Assembly (NCBI GenBank): GCA_030606565.1
Contig: JAUWGE010000005.1
Location: 7,777-71,776 of the forward strand
Direction of reading: 5' to 3'
Length of the DNA stretch: 64,000 nt
DNA from: Candidatus Bipolaricaulota bacterium
Lineage (GTDB): Bacteria; Bipolaricaulota; Bipolaricaulia; UBA7950; UBA9294
Positions 41,073-51,093 of this stretch are shown piece by piece (the first letter of the stretch is position 1; every line of letters begins with the position of its first letter). Below the pieces are notes generated by a model, which made no database searches, had not been told where the DNA came from, and was given only the letters and a program-made list of their open reading frames with translations. Both the position numbers and the translations under genes were made by a program.

Positions 41073-42830
41073 TCACTGAACATCGATCGCTCCAAACGGA
41101 CAGACTTCGTAACAACGGCCGCACTTGATACATATCTTCTGATCGATTACCTGAAACGCGCCTTCACCTTGCGAGATCGCCTGCACCGGGCAGTCGCGCG
41201 TGCAGAGTTTGCAGTCTTTACACCGCTCGGGGCCGATCTCGTAGTGGATCAGCGCCTTGCACACGTGTGCAGGACAGGTCTTATCGACAATGTGGGCATC
41301 ATATTCCTCGCGGAAGTACTTTGCTGTGGTGAGAACAGGGTTGGGCGCTGTCTGCCCTAAACCGCAAAGGGAATAGGTCTTGACCTTCTCACTCAGTTCT
41401 AGTAACCGCTCTAGGTCATCACCAGTTCCCTCGCCGTCGCAGATCCGTGTCAGGATCTCAAGCATCCTCTTCGTGCCAATGCGACAGAAGGTGCACTTTC
41501 CGCATGATTCCTTCTGGATAAAGTCGAGGAAGAAGCGCGCTAGATCGACCATGCACGTCTTCTCGTCAAGGACGATCAACCCGCCGGAACCCATGATCGC
41601 CCCTGTCTCGGTGATCGATTCGTAGTCGACTGGGACATCGGCAAGGGAGGAGGGGATGCACCCACCGGAAGGGCCTCCGATCTGCACCGCCTTGAACCCC
41701 TTTCCATCGCGAATCCCGCCGCCGATATTGAAGACGATATCCTTGATTGGCATCCCCATTGGGACCTCGACCAATCCGCTGTGGTTCACCTTCCCGGCCA
41801 GGGCAAAGACCTTTGTCCCTTTACTCTTCTCCGTCCCGTAGCGTGTGAACTCCTCCGTCTTGTGACGAATGATCCACGGAACGTTGGCCAGGGTCTCCAC
41901 GTTGTTGATATTCGTCGGCTTTTCCCACAGTCCGGAGACAGCAGGGTAGGGAGGACGCCTCCGTGGGGTGCCGCGTCTCCCTTCTATCGAGGCGATCAGC
42001 GCGGTCTCTTCCCCACAGACGAACGCCCCTGCTCCAGCCTTGATCTTAACCTCGAATGAGAAGTCGCTGCCGAGTATATTCTCCCCAATGAAACCAGCGG
42101 TGGTTGCATCAGCTAGTGCCTTCTCCAACCGTTTAATCGCCAACGGGTACTCGGCGCGTACGTAGAAGTATCCGTGCGGGGCGCCGATCGCGTAAGCTCC
42201 GATCGCTATACCTTCGAGTACACGGTGCGGGTCTCCCTCGAGCACGCTACGGTCCATAAACGCCCCGGGGTCCCCTTCGTCGCCATTGCAGATGAAGTAC
42301 TTCTCCGGCCCAGGCTCACGCGCGGCAAAGCCCCACTTAACGCCGGTGGGAAAACCGGCTCCGCCACGACCACGCAGCCCAGAGGCAGTTACCTTCTCGA
42401 TCACCTGTTGCGGGGTCATCTCAGTGAGGGCGATCCTCAACGCCTCGTATCCTGCGTGTGCCCGGTACTCGTCGAGCGATTCGGGGTCAATTAAACCGCA
42501 GTTTTCGAGCACGATGCGAACCTGTTTATCGAAAAAGCCATCGGTAGCAACGAGGAGATCCTGAATAGGCTGCCCGCCAACGGCATGTTTTTCTACAATG
42601 CGTGTTACGTCCTCAACCCGTACGTGTCCGTATGTGGATAGCTTGCCATCCTGGTAAACTACGTCGACCAGCGGTTCGTTGTAGCACATACCGATGCACC
42701 CGACCCGCTTCAGCTTTACCGATGCATTACTCGCAGCCAGCTCCTTTTCAAAGGCGGAGTACACCGGTTCAGCGCCAGCAGCGATCCCGCAGGTTGCTAA
42801 CCCCACTCTTATCTCACTTACGTGGCTCAT
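41073..42830 (-). CDS. NuoF/HydB-like FMN/NADH subunit with N-terminal thioredoxin-like FeS domain and C-terminal 2x[4Fe-4S]
   Basis: LRGRGGAGFPTG, NGDEGDPG, FVCGEETAL, ESCGKCTFCR, two C-terminal CxxCxxCxxxCP. Confidence 0.93.
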   Translation of the reverse strand: MSHVSEIRVGLATCGIAAGAEPVYSAFEKELAASNASVKLKRVGCIGMCYNEPLVDVVYQDGKLSTYGHVRVEDVTRIVEKHAVGGQPIQDLLVATDGFFDKQVRIVLENCGLIDPESLDEYRAHAGYEALRIALTEMTPQQVIEKVTASGLRGRGGAGFPTGVKWGFAAREPGPEKYFICNGDEGDPGAFMDRSVLEGDPHRVLEGIAIGAYAIGAPHGYFYVRAEYPLAIKRLEKALADATTAGFIGENILGSDFSFEVKIKAGAGAFVCGEETALIASIEGRRGTPRRRPPYPAVSGLWEKPTNINNVETLANVPWIIRHKTEEFTRYGTEKSKGTKVFALAGKVNHSGLVEVPMGMPIKDIVFNIGGGIRDGKGFKAVQIGGPSGGCIPSSLADVPVDYESITETGAIMGSGGLIVLDEKTCMVDLARFFLDFIQKESCGKCTFCRIGTKRMLEILTRICDGEGTGDDLERLLELSEKVKTYSLCGLGQTAPNPVLTTAKYFREEYDAHIVDKTCPAHVCKALIHYEIGPERCKDCKLCTRDCPVQAISQGEGAFQVIDQKICIKCGRCYEVCPFGAIDVQ

Positions 42831-43321
42831 CTTTCCTCCTGCTCACGGTACGAGGAGAGGATCTCATCCACCGTATCGCGCGTCAGACGCCCGTACGTTT
42901 CATCATCGATCATCATCGCCGGGGCAAGGCTGCAACACCCAAGACAACGTACGCTTTCAAGGGTGAATAGCCCATCCGTTGTGGTCTCATTCTCCTCTAT
43001 TCCCAGTTGTTCCTGGAAATGCGCCATGATCTCTCCCGCTCCGAGAACATGGCAGGCCGTCCCTTGGCAAACGCGGATCAGGTGTTTCCCCGGACGAGAA
43101 AGACGGAACTGCGAATAGAAGGTAGCCACCCCGTATATGGAACTTAACGGGACATGCGTATACTCAGAAACACGCTCTAAGTTGCTCTCCGAAAGGTATC
43201 CGTATCGGTTCTGGATCTGTTGTAAGAGAGGGATAACGCTTGCTGAAGAAGAAGTGGAGGTGCGGAACGAATCTATCCCCACCGTTTTTTCTTCTGAATC
43301 TTGAGAGGTCGGATTTGGCAT
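42827..43321 (-). CDS. NuoE/HydC-like 2Fe-2S subunit
   Basis: VATFYSQF, CQGTACH, CLGCCSLAP. Confidence 0.93.
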   Translation of the reverse strand: MPNPTSQDSEEKTVGIDSFRTSTSSSASVIPLLQQIQNRYGYLSESNLERVSEYTHVPLSSIYGVATFYSQFRLSRPGKHLIRVCQGTACHVLGAGEIMAHFQEQLGIEENETTTDGLFTLESVRCLGCCSLAPAMMIDDETYGRLTRDTVDEILSSYREQEER

Positions 43322-43515
43322 GTATCTCCTTTCAGATTACTGTTCTAATCACAACATCCCGTTATTTAGCAACTCTTGAACTACTTTTGTTCGTCCTTTG
43401 TAACCGGACTGTTCCCTGGCTGCGGGGATTATCCATTCCACAAAGGGAAGGTGCAACCTACGGAATAGCCCTGAAATCCCTCCCCCGCAGGCGTACAATA
43501 GGAAACGGAGGGGTA

Positions 43516-44172
43516 ATGCGCTACTACATCGAAAGCGACGGGAAAGTGTTCTTGGTTAGCCGAGAAGGGACTCTCGATCTACCTCAAAAAACAGAGGTTC
43601 CCTTTCCGCTACAGGAGATCGCCCCACTTGCCACAAGTGCCCCTGTCATCTTCTGTACCCCGAAACTTGAGAAGCACCCCCGTGAGTGGCTAGAGAAGGA
43701 TGAGATCATCGGCCTCCCAGCCGTCTCTCCTCTGGTGCGGGAGGCGGTGCACGCCGGGATGCCGCGGGTAGTGGTCGAGGGGATCTGTCTTAAAGGGAGT
43801 AACGTCCTTCTGGTAAAGGGAAGCCGTGGCCTGACTAAGGGACGATGGTCGCTACCCGGGGGGTTCCTCCGTTTTGGAGAGACACCACGTGAAGGCCTCC
43901 TACGCGAGCTGAGAGAAGAACTCGACGTTGAGGCGCAGATCACTGGGCTCCTCGATGTCAAAGCAAAGCTAGGAAAAAAAAGTCGCCTTCACTGGACTAT
44001 GGTCTTCTACCGAATCTCCCTCTTTGGCGAGCCAGCCCCGAATCCCGACGAGATCATGGCAGCAGAATATTTTCCACTCCCTCGAGCACAGGAACTCCTG
44101 TTTGATGACCTCATGCGCGAGGTAATCGCATCTCACTTAGATGCCTTTAAAGCTACAGAAGGTCCATGCTGA
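43516..44172 (+). CDS. NUDIX hydrolase
   Basis: GGAGG RBS; WSLPGGFLRFGETPREGLLRELREE. Confidence 0.88.
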   Translation: MRYYIESDGKVFLVSREGTLDLPQKTEVPFPLQEIAPLATSAPVIFCTPKLEKHPREWLEKDEIIGLPAVSPLVREAVHAGMPRVVVEGICLKGSNVLLVKGSRGLTKGRWSLPGGFLRFGETPREGLLRELREELDVEAQITGLLDVKAKLGKKSRLHWTMVFYRISLFGEPAPNPDEIMAAEYFPLPRAQELLFDDLMREVIASHLDAFKATEGPC

Positions 44173-45271
44173 TCAAAAGTTCGATATCTTGCCTCCACTC
44201 CAAGAAATAGGGTTCATGTCTAAATTGTATGCCCAGGGTCACACGCGCGTACTCGACAGGGGTCAATACCAAGTCAAGCGACAGGCTATGGATGTCGGTG
44301 GGTGTACCGTCCCACATCTGCCGTGAAAAGGAGTAGGACGAGAAGAGAGTGACCCTCTTGGCAATAAGATAATCATACCCCAGGGTGATCTCCAGTTCGT
44401 GAGTGCGAAGGATATCATACGATCCGGAAAGTGTAGAGAGGGCCCCCTGGACGAGGAACTGCGCCTGTGGAGTGGTGGTAAAGGCGTAGTTAAACGACAC
44501 TGTACCCAAAAGGTCGTTCGGTTCGCCTAATGGATCCAAGAGTTCGTAGCCGATACCAAGCTTTAAATCCCCCCCACAATAGCGGACGTAGCTTTCGTCT
44601 TCGATGATTCTCGCTATCTCATAGATATCGAGTGCGTCGAGTTCCCCCACTTTGATGAACCCGGTCCCCTCTATGATCTCCTGAAGCACATCTAGCAGGT
44701 CAGCTAACGTCTCGTAAGTTGCGATACTGTCAATCTCGTACGCGATCGCCTCTAGGTCGAGATCGTCCAGATGCTTGGAGATGCTCCTCTTTTTCACTAG
44801 ATAGGCGTCGATCTTCATCGCCTTAGCGAGGGGGGTGACATCGGTAAACCGGCCGTAACCGACCCCAAGCTTCACCGCCAGCCCTATCGTCTTATAGGAG
44901 GAGGCGCTCTTCCCGCTCGCCCCGGCAAAGCCAAAGTAGAGGACTTCGGGCGAGAAATAGCGCTTAAAGTTCCCTTCAGCCGTTGTCAAAAATGAGGAGA
45001 GGCTCGATACAGAGATCGTTATATCGCTCTCCGCGGCGATGTCGAACCCGAACTCAGGTGAGTCGAACAGGCGAGTATAGTCGACCTTCAATTGTCCGGT
45101 GTCGATATCATAGTCAGCAAACCCATAGGGATCGTTGTAATAATGGTAAGAGAAGCTAATCGCTAAATCGGAGATATCCGTGCGGGGGGAGCGGTAGTTA
45201 CAAAGGGGCATCGCCACTACCGTCGTGCCAAAAAGGAGCAAAACAAGACAAACAAGCAGCCACTGTTTCAT
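44153..45271 (-). CDS. Exported hypothetical protein, probable outer-membrane beta-barrel
   Basis: GAGGTG RBS; signal peptide MKQWLLVCL; alternating beta-strand pattern; GVGYGRF. Confidence 0.65.
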   Translation of the reverse strand: MKQWLLVCLVLLLFGTTVVAMPLCNYRSPRTDISDLAISFSYHYYNDPYGFADYDIDTGQLKVDYTRLFDSPEFGFDIAAESDITISVSSLSSFLTTAEGNFKRYFSPEVLYFGFAGASGKSASSYKTIGLAVKLGVGYGRFTDVTPLAKAMKIDAYLVKKRSISKHLDDLDLEAIAYEIDSIATYETLADLLDVLQEIIEGTGFIKVGELDALDIYEIARIIEDESYVRYCGGDLKLGIGYELLDPLGEPNDLLGTVSFNYAFTTTPQAQFLVQGALSTLSGSYDILRTHELEITLGYDYLIAKRVTLFSSYSFSRQMWDGTPTDIHSLSLDLVLTPVEYARVTLGIQFRHEPYFLEWRQDIELLISMDLL

Positions 45272-45362
45272 GCAGATCACCTCGTCTAAAGAAAGTAGGA
45301 TAACGATAAGGGGCTGACAACTGAATCCTTCCCTTGCTTGAGTGAGGGATGTCCGTTCCGAC

Positions 45363-46523
45363 TCACCAGCCCTCGTCGCCTCTGCGCACGATTCCTTCCC
45401 CATACTGCGCGGAAAGCTCATCGAGGGTGCCCTCAAGGAATGTTTCCTCCTTATCGAATAAGGAGAGTTGACGGATATTTGCCTCGCTCAAACGACCGAC
45501 CCCCACCCCGAGGAGCCTCACCCCACGGCCTTTGAGGGACACGTGGCGGCGAAAGAGATCGACGGCCAACCCTTCGATAATATGGGTGGAGTCAGTTCCC
45601 ACTCCAACACTAACCTGACGAGTGATAGTCTGAAAGTCAGGGAAGCGGACCTTTATCCGCACCGTCTTTCCTTGAAGTTTCTCCTGACGCAGCTGCGCCG
45701 CAACGTCGCGAGCAAGATGCCGCAGGAGATTCTCGATCTTTGCCATCTCGCGGATGTCCTGGGGGAAGGTCACCTCGCGGGAGACCGACTTGGCCTCCCG
45801 GCTTGGCTGCACTGGGGTGTCATCCTCTCCGCGGGCAAGGCGGTAGAGGGTTCTTCCGGTCGCTCCGAACTTACCCACTAGAAGCTCAAGCGGTGCTTCT
45901 CGCAGATCGCGGATCTTCAAAAAGCCGAGACCACGCAGCCGCCGCTCGGTCACCTTCCCCACTCCCCAGATCATCCCCACCGGAAGGGGGTCGAGGAGTC
46001 CTTGCATCTGCTGCGGCTCGATCACCACCAGGCCATCTGGTTTATTGAGTTCGGAGGCAAGCTTGGCCAGAAACCGATTGGGAGCAAGGCCAACCGAGCA
46101 GGTGAGCTTAGTCCTATCCCGTACGCGGCGTTTGATCTCCACGACGATCTCCTCCGCCGGGCCGAACACCCTCTCGCTTCCTGTCAGGTCGAGGAACGCC
46201 TCATCGAGTGAAATCGTCTCCACAAGAGGCGTGTAGGCATACAGGATCTCGCGCACCTGCGCGGAGATCTCCTGGTAGCGAGAGAAGCGCGGCAAAAGGT
46301 AAATCCCGTCCTGACAGAGCTTGCGCGCCTTGGCCATCGGCATCGCGCTCCCCACTCCATACTTGCGAGCCTCGTAGGAAGCAGTAGATACGACCCCGCG
46401 CGGCCCCAGCCCGCCAACAATCACCGGTCTCCCTCGATAGGCAGGATGGTCGAGCTGCTCCACCGCGGCAAAGAAGGCGTCCATGTCTAGATGAGCGATC
46501 TTGCGAACAGGCTTAGCTCTCAT
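45363..46523 (-). CDS. dinB: DNA polymerase IV
   Basis: HLDMDAFFAAVE, STASYEAR, SLDEAFLD, AKLAS..KPDG, QLSLF clamp-binding motif. Confidence 0.95.
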   Translation of the reverse strand: MRAKPVRKIAHLDMDAFFAAVEQLDHPAYRGRPVIVGGLGPRGVVSTASYEARKYGVGSAMPMAKARKLCQDGIYLLPRFSRYQEISAQVREILYAYTPLVETISLDEAFLDLTGSERVFGPAEEIVVEIKRRVRDRTKLTCSVGLAPNRFLAKLASELNKPDGLVVIEPQQMQGLLDPLPVGMIWGVGKVTERRLRGLGFLKIRDLREAPLELLVGKFGATGRTLYRLARGEDDTPVQPSREAKSVSREVTFPQDIREMAKIENLLRHLARDVAAQLRQEKLQGKTVRIKVRFPDFQTITRQVSVGVGTDSTHIIEGLAVDLFRRHVSLKGRGVRLLGVGVGRLSEANIRQLSLFDKEETFLEGTLDELSAQYGEGIVRRGDEGW

Positions 46524-47059
46524 CTTTTCCCTTGAACCCGCCTGAGCCAGGCAATAGTCCCAGGCTGCGTAACGTCATTAATCACCCGATAGGCAGAAAA
46601 CCCAAATCCAGGGCTGTGGTGAGGAGGGAATGTCGGGAAGCAAAGTCCAGCAAGCTCCTCCACAGCAAACGGTATCCCACCCTCTCTTACCAGCTCGCCC
46701 GCAAGGGCCCACAACCGGTCGAAGCGTTTTTTCTCCCCCTTTTTAAGTGACTGTGAGACAAGAAAGGTAGTGAGCTTTCTGAGCTCCATCCCGCGCTCCT
46801 TGCACGGACGAAGGTGGAGCCGCGCCGTCTTTCCGGCAGGGTCGATCACCTGCAACGGATTTTCTCCGACCGTTCCCGTAGAGTCGATTCCCTTCCATTC
46901 TTGCTTCAAGTCTTCTTGAAAGCGCCGACGATCCCTTAAAAGGTGATCAATCCCAAATACCGCCTGATAGACCAGCTTCTGTAGATCTCCTGGATTCATC
47001 CGCGGGTGAAGTGCAACCTCGGTCTTCACTATCTGTAAGAGAGTTCCTTTCTCATCCAC
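46520..47059 (-). CDS. Hypothetical protein
   Basis: DLQKLVYQAVFGIDH...HHS..F..AYRV; stop overlaps dinB start (ATGA); start uncertain. Confidence 0.6.
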   Translation of the reverse strand: MDEKGTLLQIVKTEVALHPRMNPGDLQKLVYQAVFGIDHLLRDRRRFQEDLKQEWKGIDSTGTVGENPLQVIDPAGKTARLHLRPCKERGMELRKLTTFLVSQSLKKGEKKRFDRLWALAGELVREGGIPFAVEELAGLCFPTFPPHHSPGFGFSAYRVINDVTQPGTIAWLRRVQGKR

Positions 47060-47084
47060 GAAGGAGAGGATAGAATGGTGCAAG

Positions 47085-47627
47085 ATGACGGTCAAGGTGC
47101 GAATTGTAATCACAGGGCGACCGGGGGTAGGAAAGACAACGGTGATCGAACGCGTCCTCGATCGGATCCCCTTAAGCACAGGGGGGATGTTAACCGCTGA
47201 GATTCGCAAGTGCGGCCATCGTGTCGGGTTCTCCGTCATCGATATTGCCACCGGCAGAAATGGCGTTCTGGCCCATCTGCATCAAGGCAAAGGCCCAAAA
47301 ATAGGCCGGTACACGGTCAATCTGCACGACCTTGAAGAAGTTGGAGTGGCGGCGATCCGTCGTGCCGTTCTGGAAAAAGATCTGATAGTAATCGATGAGA
47401 TTGCGCCGATGGAACTATACTCGCCCGCGTTTATCCAGGCGGTCGAGAAAGCGCTAGCAAGCTCAAGACACCTTTTGATCTCCACCCGCGCTCACACTGA
47501 CCACCCGCTGGTACACCGCGTTTGTCAAGAGCTGGAGCTTTTCCGGGTTAAGCTTTCCACCCGCGATAACATGGTAGAGACGATCGTTGAAGCAATCAAA
47601 TCCGGTAGCGACCATGCTTACGATTAA
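47085..47627 (+). CDS. NTPase_1/THEP1-family nucleoside triphosphatase
   Basis: ITGRPGVGKTT, IGRYTVN, IVIDEIAPME. Confidence 0.9.
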   Translation: MTVKVRIVITGRPGVGKTTVIERVLDRIPLSTGGMLTAEIRKCGHRVGFSVIDIATGRNGVLAHLHQGKGPKIGRYTVNLHDLEEVGVAAIRRAVLEKDLIVIDEIAPMELYSPAFIQAVEKALASSRHLLISTRAHTDHPLVHRVCQELELFRVKLSTRDNMVETIVEAIKSGSDHAYD

Positions 47628-47741
47628 GCATTCACGAGGTAAGACCAAGACTTGGTGATACAACAAAGTTGACAGAGGTAAAGTGTTGCTATTCTACAAG
47701 AATTGCCTCGCTCGTCTCTACGGAGCATTTATTGCCTTAAT

Positions 47742-48157
47742 GGCCACATGACAGCATTTCCTAGTCACCCAGGTGACAGCATTTGCTGGTCACCTGGACT
47801 TCGATATGCTGGTAGTAAACGATCGGTTAAGGAGAATGGGATGGCCAAAAAACAAGCGTTAAGAAGCGTCGGCGAGAAATGGTTGCACCAGTACGCCGTG
47901 GCATTCCAATTCGCGAAGTTGCACGAAGGTTTCAAGTTGCTCTCAGCACCGCATAATTCTGACTTCAAGATATCATGGACTTCAATGCGAATCACATCCG
48001 TTTCTACGCTCTACGGCGTCGACAGCCAGCCTGGCAACCACTCCTCTGTGAGGGTCCCTACATACTCCCAAGACGAAGGTTCAACGAGTGACCAGGAATT
48101 GCTGTCACTTATCAATCAACGAACACTTTACTGACCAGGAAATGCTGTCACCTGGCC
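47742..48157. mobile_element. 416-bp non-autonomous transposable element (MITE-like)
   Basis: 26-bp TIRs with 23/26 match; CCTTAAT duplicated on both sides; one internal repeat per end. Confidence 0.85.
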
Positions 48158-48262
48158 CCTTAATGATCAAAAGCTAGATTCATGAACCCCCCCCACCTTC
48201 CTACAAAACTAAGGAGCTGACGAGTAATGGGAAGTCTCCGAAAACCAAGCGTGGACCGGGCT

Positions 48263-48484
48263 TTATGCCCGCGTTGTTTGTCCCCCCTCGTGCATTTCTC
48301 CAACGAGAAGAGCCAGCCCATCCTCCCCCAATTTCAAAGGTAATTCTTGGGCAAGGTAGACCGAAACAGCGTTGTTTAATTCCTCGACTACAGATCGACC
48401 ATTGGCCTTGGAAAGAATGGCTAAGCCTTGGAGGAGAGTTGGATCGATCACCTCACTGCCGTGGGGGGTCCATCGTTGTTCCAC
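48263..48484 (-). CDS. Small Arc/RHH-like protein
   Basis: AAGGAGG RBS; IDPTLLQGLAILSKANGRSVVEELNNAVSVYL. Confidence 0.5.
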   Translation of the reverse strand: MEQRWTPHGSEVIDPTLLQGLAILSKANGRSVVEELNNAVSVYLAQELPLKLGEDGLALLVGEMHEGGQTTRA

Positions 48485-49243
48485 TCCTCCTTACCTCCTC
48501 TGCGGGGAGAAGCCTGACAATATCCTCAGATTCTTACAGGATAAAAGCGCTTTTGTACCTCGCCATTGTTGTATACGCTTAGCGCATAATACAGCCCTTG
48601 GTCTTGCTATGTCAAGCGGAAGAAGCCAAGTTTATTCACAGCACTCAAAATTGCCCGCGTTCCAGATCCCTAGTGATCTTGAGGGGACGGCCTTGTTTTT
48701 TTGAAAACCTGAAAGCCTGAAAAAAAGGTATATAGGGCACCGGGAGGAAGTTCGTCACCTATTTATGACGGTAATCTCGAAGATCCGTTTCTCATACGCT
48801 TTTTCGCACTCCGTACTTGTGGGAGATGCACCCGTAACGGGACACTATGCCACTTGTTTCCATCCAATATATGAAATGAATAGTATAGTATTTACCGTGC
48901 AAAGCGTACTTAAGGGTGAGAGATAATTTGCGGATCGATGCCGCACAGCTTCTTGTGAACTCCCAACTTCGCGAATTCGCTTTAGGCCCGAGGCCAAGAT
49001 AGGATCAATCGAACAAGGACTGCGACGCGAGATAGCCCCAATGTTAAGCGAAATTTCGTCAGCAAAGACCCATTTTGGGGCCAAGATTATATAGACTACA
49101 CCGTTCCTTTCAGCAATTGCGTAATATACATTACCGACAAACGTAGCGGGATCTGCTATAGTGATTGCGATGAAGAAACCCCCTCATCTTTTTCACCACC
49201 CGGAGAGGGCGGTCGAGCGATCCAGCTTGGCCGCCCTTGCACT

Positions 49244-50158
49244 TCAAACAGGAAGCACCCAGATGAGAAATCGATTGGCCAAGTAGACCGCCGCGACCAG
49301 GAGTGGGTAGAGGATGAGAAGCGATAATACCACCGGGTAGACCTGGAACATACCACCCTTGTTCTTCCCAGGCCAGGAGAAGCCCTCAGCGAACAGGTAG
49401 TCAATCGGCGGGCGCGGGTACGGCCACTTGTCTCTTCCCTCCGTGATCATGTAGATCAACGCCCGGAACGGTGAGCGGGCGAGTGCCGCCCGACGCAGCT
49501 GGAGAAAGAGACCAACAAGCAGGAGAGTATAAGCAAGGAGGGGGATAGTGCCCCCAGTGCTTGCGATCAGGTTGAATGAGCCATGCAAGGCTACTGCAAA
49601 GAGGAACCCCAAAAAAAGCCAGAGGAGCCGCGCACGCCACATTCGAAGAAAGCGCGCGTGACCGACGAGGTATCCAGCAAGCCCGTTGAACAAAATGTGG
49701 CCGGGGAAGGTGCGGGCAAGAACAATAACCCGGAACACCTCATGAAACCGTCCGATGTCACCGGCTGTCCACACCTCGTAGGAACCGCTAAAAATGTACC
49801 AGAAGTCTTCATAGATCCCAAAACCCACCCCCAAGATCCCGAAGTAAATAGCAAAGTCGATCGGCTCAGCGAGGTCGGGGAAACCAAGCTGCCAGACCGT
49901 GCATGCCATCACCAAGAACTTGATCCCCTCCTCGATTAGCCCCGCGGTCACATAGGCGGAAAAAGGGGTCGTGACATTTCCCAGTGGGAGAAGATAGCGG
50001 ATCAGAACGACCGGAATCACCGCCGCCATTCCCAGAACGAAGATCAGCGTCACCGTTGTTGTGGGCAGCCGCCGTAGCGGGTTACTTCGGTAGAGAAGGA
50101 AGATATATAAGAGGGAAAGCCCCGAGGAGAGGTAGATCGACCGCAGAAATAGGCTCAT
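49244..50158 (-). CDS. prsW: PrsW-family intramembrane metalloprotease
   Basis: AGLIEEGIK, GFGIYED, GHILF, LHGSFN. Confidence 0.82.
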   Translation of the reverse strand: MSLFLRSIYLSSGLSLLYIFLLYRSNPLRRLPTTTVTLIFVLGMAAVIPVVLIRYLLPLGNVTTPFSAYVTAGLIEEGIKFLVMACTVWQLGFPDLAEPIDFAIYFGILGVGFGIYEDFWYIFSGSYEVWTAGDIGRFHEVFRVIVLARTFPGHILFNGLAGYLVGHARFLRMWRARLLWLFLGFLFAVALHGSFNLIASTGGTIPLLAYTLLLVGLFLQLRRAALARSPFRALIYMITEGRDKWPYPRPPIDYLFAEGFSWPGKNKGGMFQVYPVVLSLLILYPLLVAAVYLANRFLIWVLPV

Positions 50159-50207
50159 CGTACAGCGATGTTATAGGGGACGCCAGCATGAATCAATCGG
50201 GTTGCGC

Positions 50208-51080
50208 TTACATAAAACGCGGGAAAAGCACGTAGGAATAATAGAAGAAAAAAACGGGCAAGGCAAACAGGAGCCCATCAATTCGGTCTAGAGCCCCACC
50301 GTGGCCAGGGAGAAACGTCCCTGAGTCCTTGACCCCGGCGGCTCGCTTCAGCTTTGACTCGAAGACGTCGCCCAATTGGACTGCCAACCCAACGAGGAAT
50401 GAGGAGGCAAGGATGTGCGGAAAGCCCTCCCAAAAGGCAAACTCCCGCCACGCCGGGGATAAGGAGGCCCCCAATAAAGCCCCAAGGATGGTCAACAGAA
50501 ACCCACCAATGATCCCTTCCCAGGTCTTGTTGGGGCTAATGCGCCGAAAGGCCTGGTGGCGCCCGAACACGCTCCCGAAGAGATAGGCACCGCTGTCGTA
50601 GCCCCACACCATGAGGAGGACGACCAATGCGTGTGTCGCTCCCACGCGTGGCTGGTCCGGCGGGCTGTTGATGTAAATAAGGTAGAAAAAGCGGAGGAGC
50701 CATGGAATATACAGAAGACCGAACACTCCAGCCACCGCCTGCAGGAACCCCGTCCGATGTGGCATGCTGCGCAGGTAACGTAGTACCTGATAGGCCATCG
50801 CCAGAAGGAGGGCCGTATCCCCGAAGTGACTATCAACCATGTAGCTATCGATGATATAGCTAAAGACAAGCACAGGGATCCAGATGAGAAACTCCGGCGC
50901 GGCCAGCGGCACTTCCAGCCGCCGCATCAGTTGCAGGTATTCCACTGCGGCGGGGTAGGCCACGACGAGAATGAGGATCCCCACAATCCACTGCACCCCG
51001 TACCGGGTCCCTACGTAGAGGATCCCGAAGACGATCCCCCCGGCGATGAGCGCACTTGCCACTCGCTTGATTACGTTCAT
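50208..51080 (-). CDS. cdsA: Phosphatidate cytidylyltransferase
   Basis: DSGAYLFG, ISPNKTWEG, GDVFESKLKR..GVKDSG..LPGHGG.LDRID. Confidence 0.93.
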   Translation of the reverse strand: MNVIKRVASALIAGGIVFGILYVGTRYGVQWIVGILILVVAYPAAVEYLQLMRRLEVPLAAPEFLIWIPVLVFSYIIDSYMVDSHFGDTALLLAMAYQVLRYLRSMPHRTGFLQAVAGVFGLLYIPWLLRFFYLIYINSPPDQPRVGATHALVVLLMVWGYDSGAYLFGSVFGRHQAFRRISPNKTWEGIIGGFLLTILGALLGASLSPAWREFAFWEGFPHILASSFLVGLAVQLGDVFESKLKRAAGVKDSGTFLPGHGGALDRIDGLLFALPVFFFYYSYVLFPRFM

Positions 51081-51093
51081 CCTTATCCCTCCC

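Noticed and set aside
48740..49150. AT-rich segment with short ORFs
   Set aside because: Broken frames and no recognisable family
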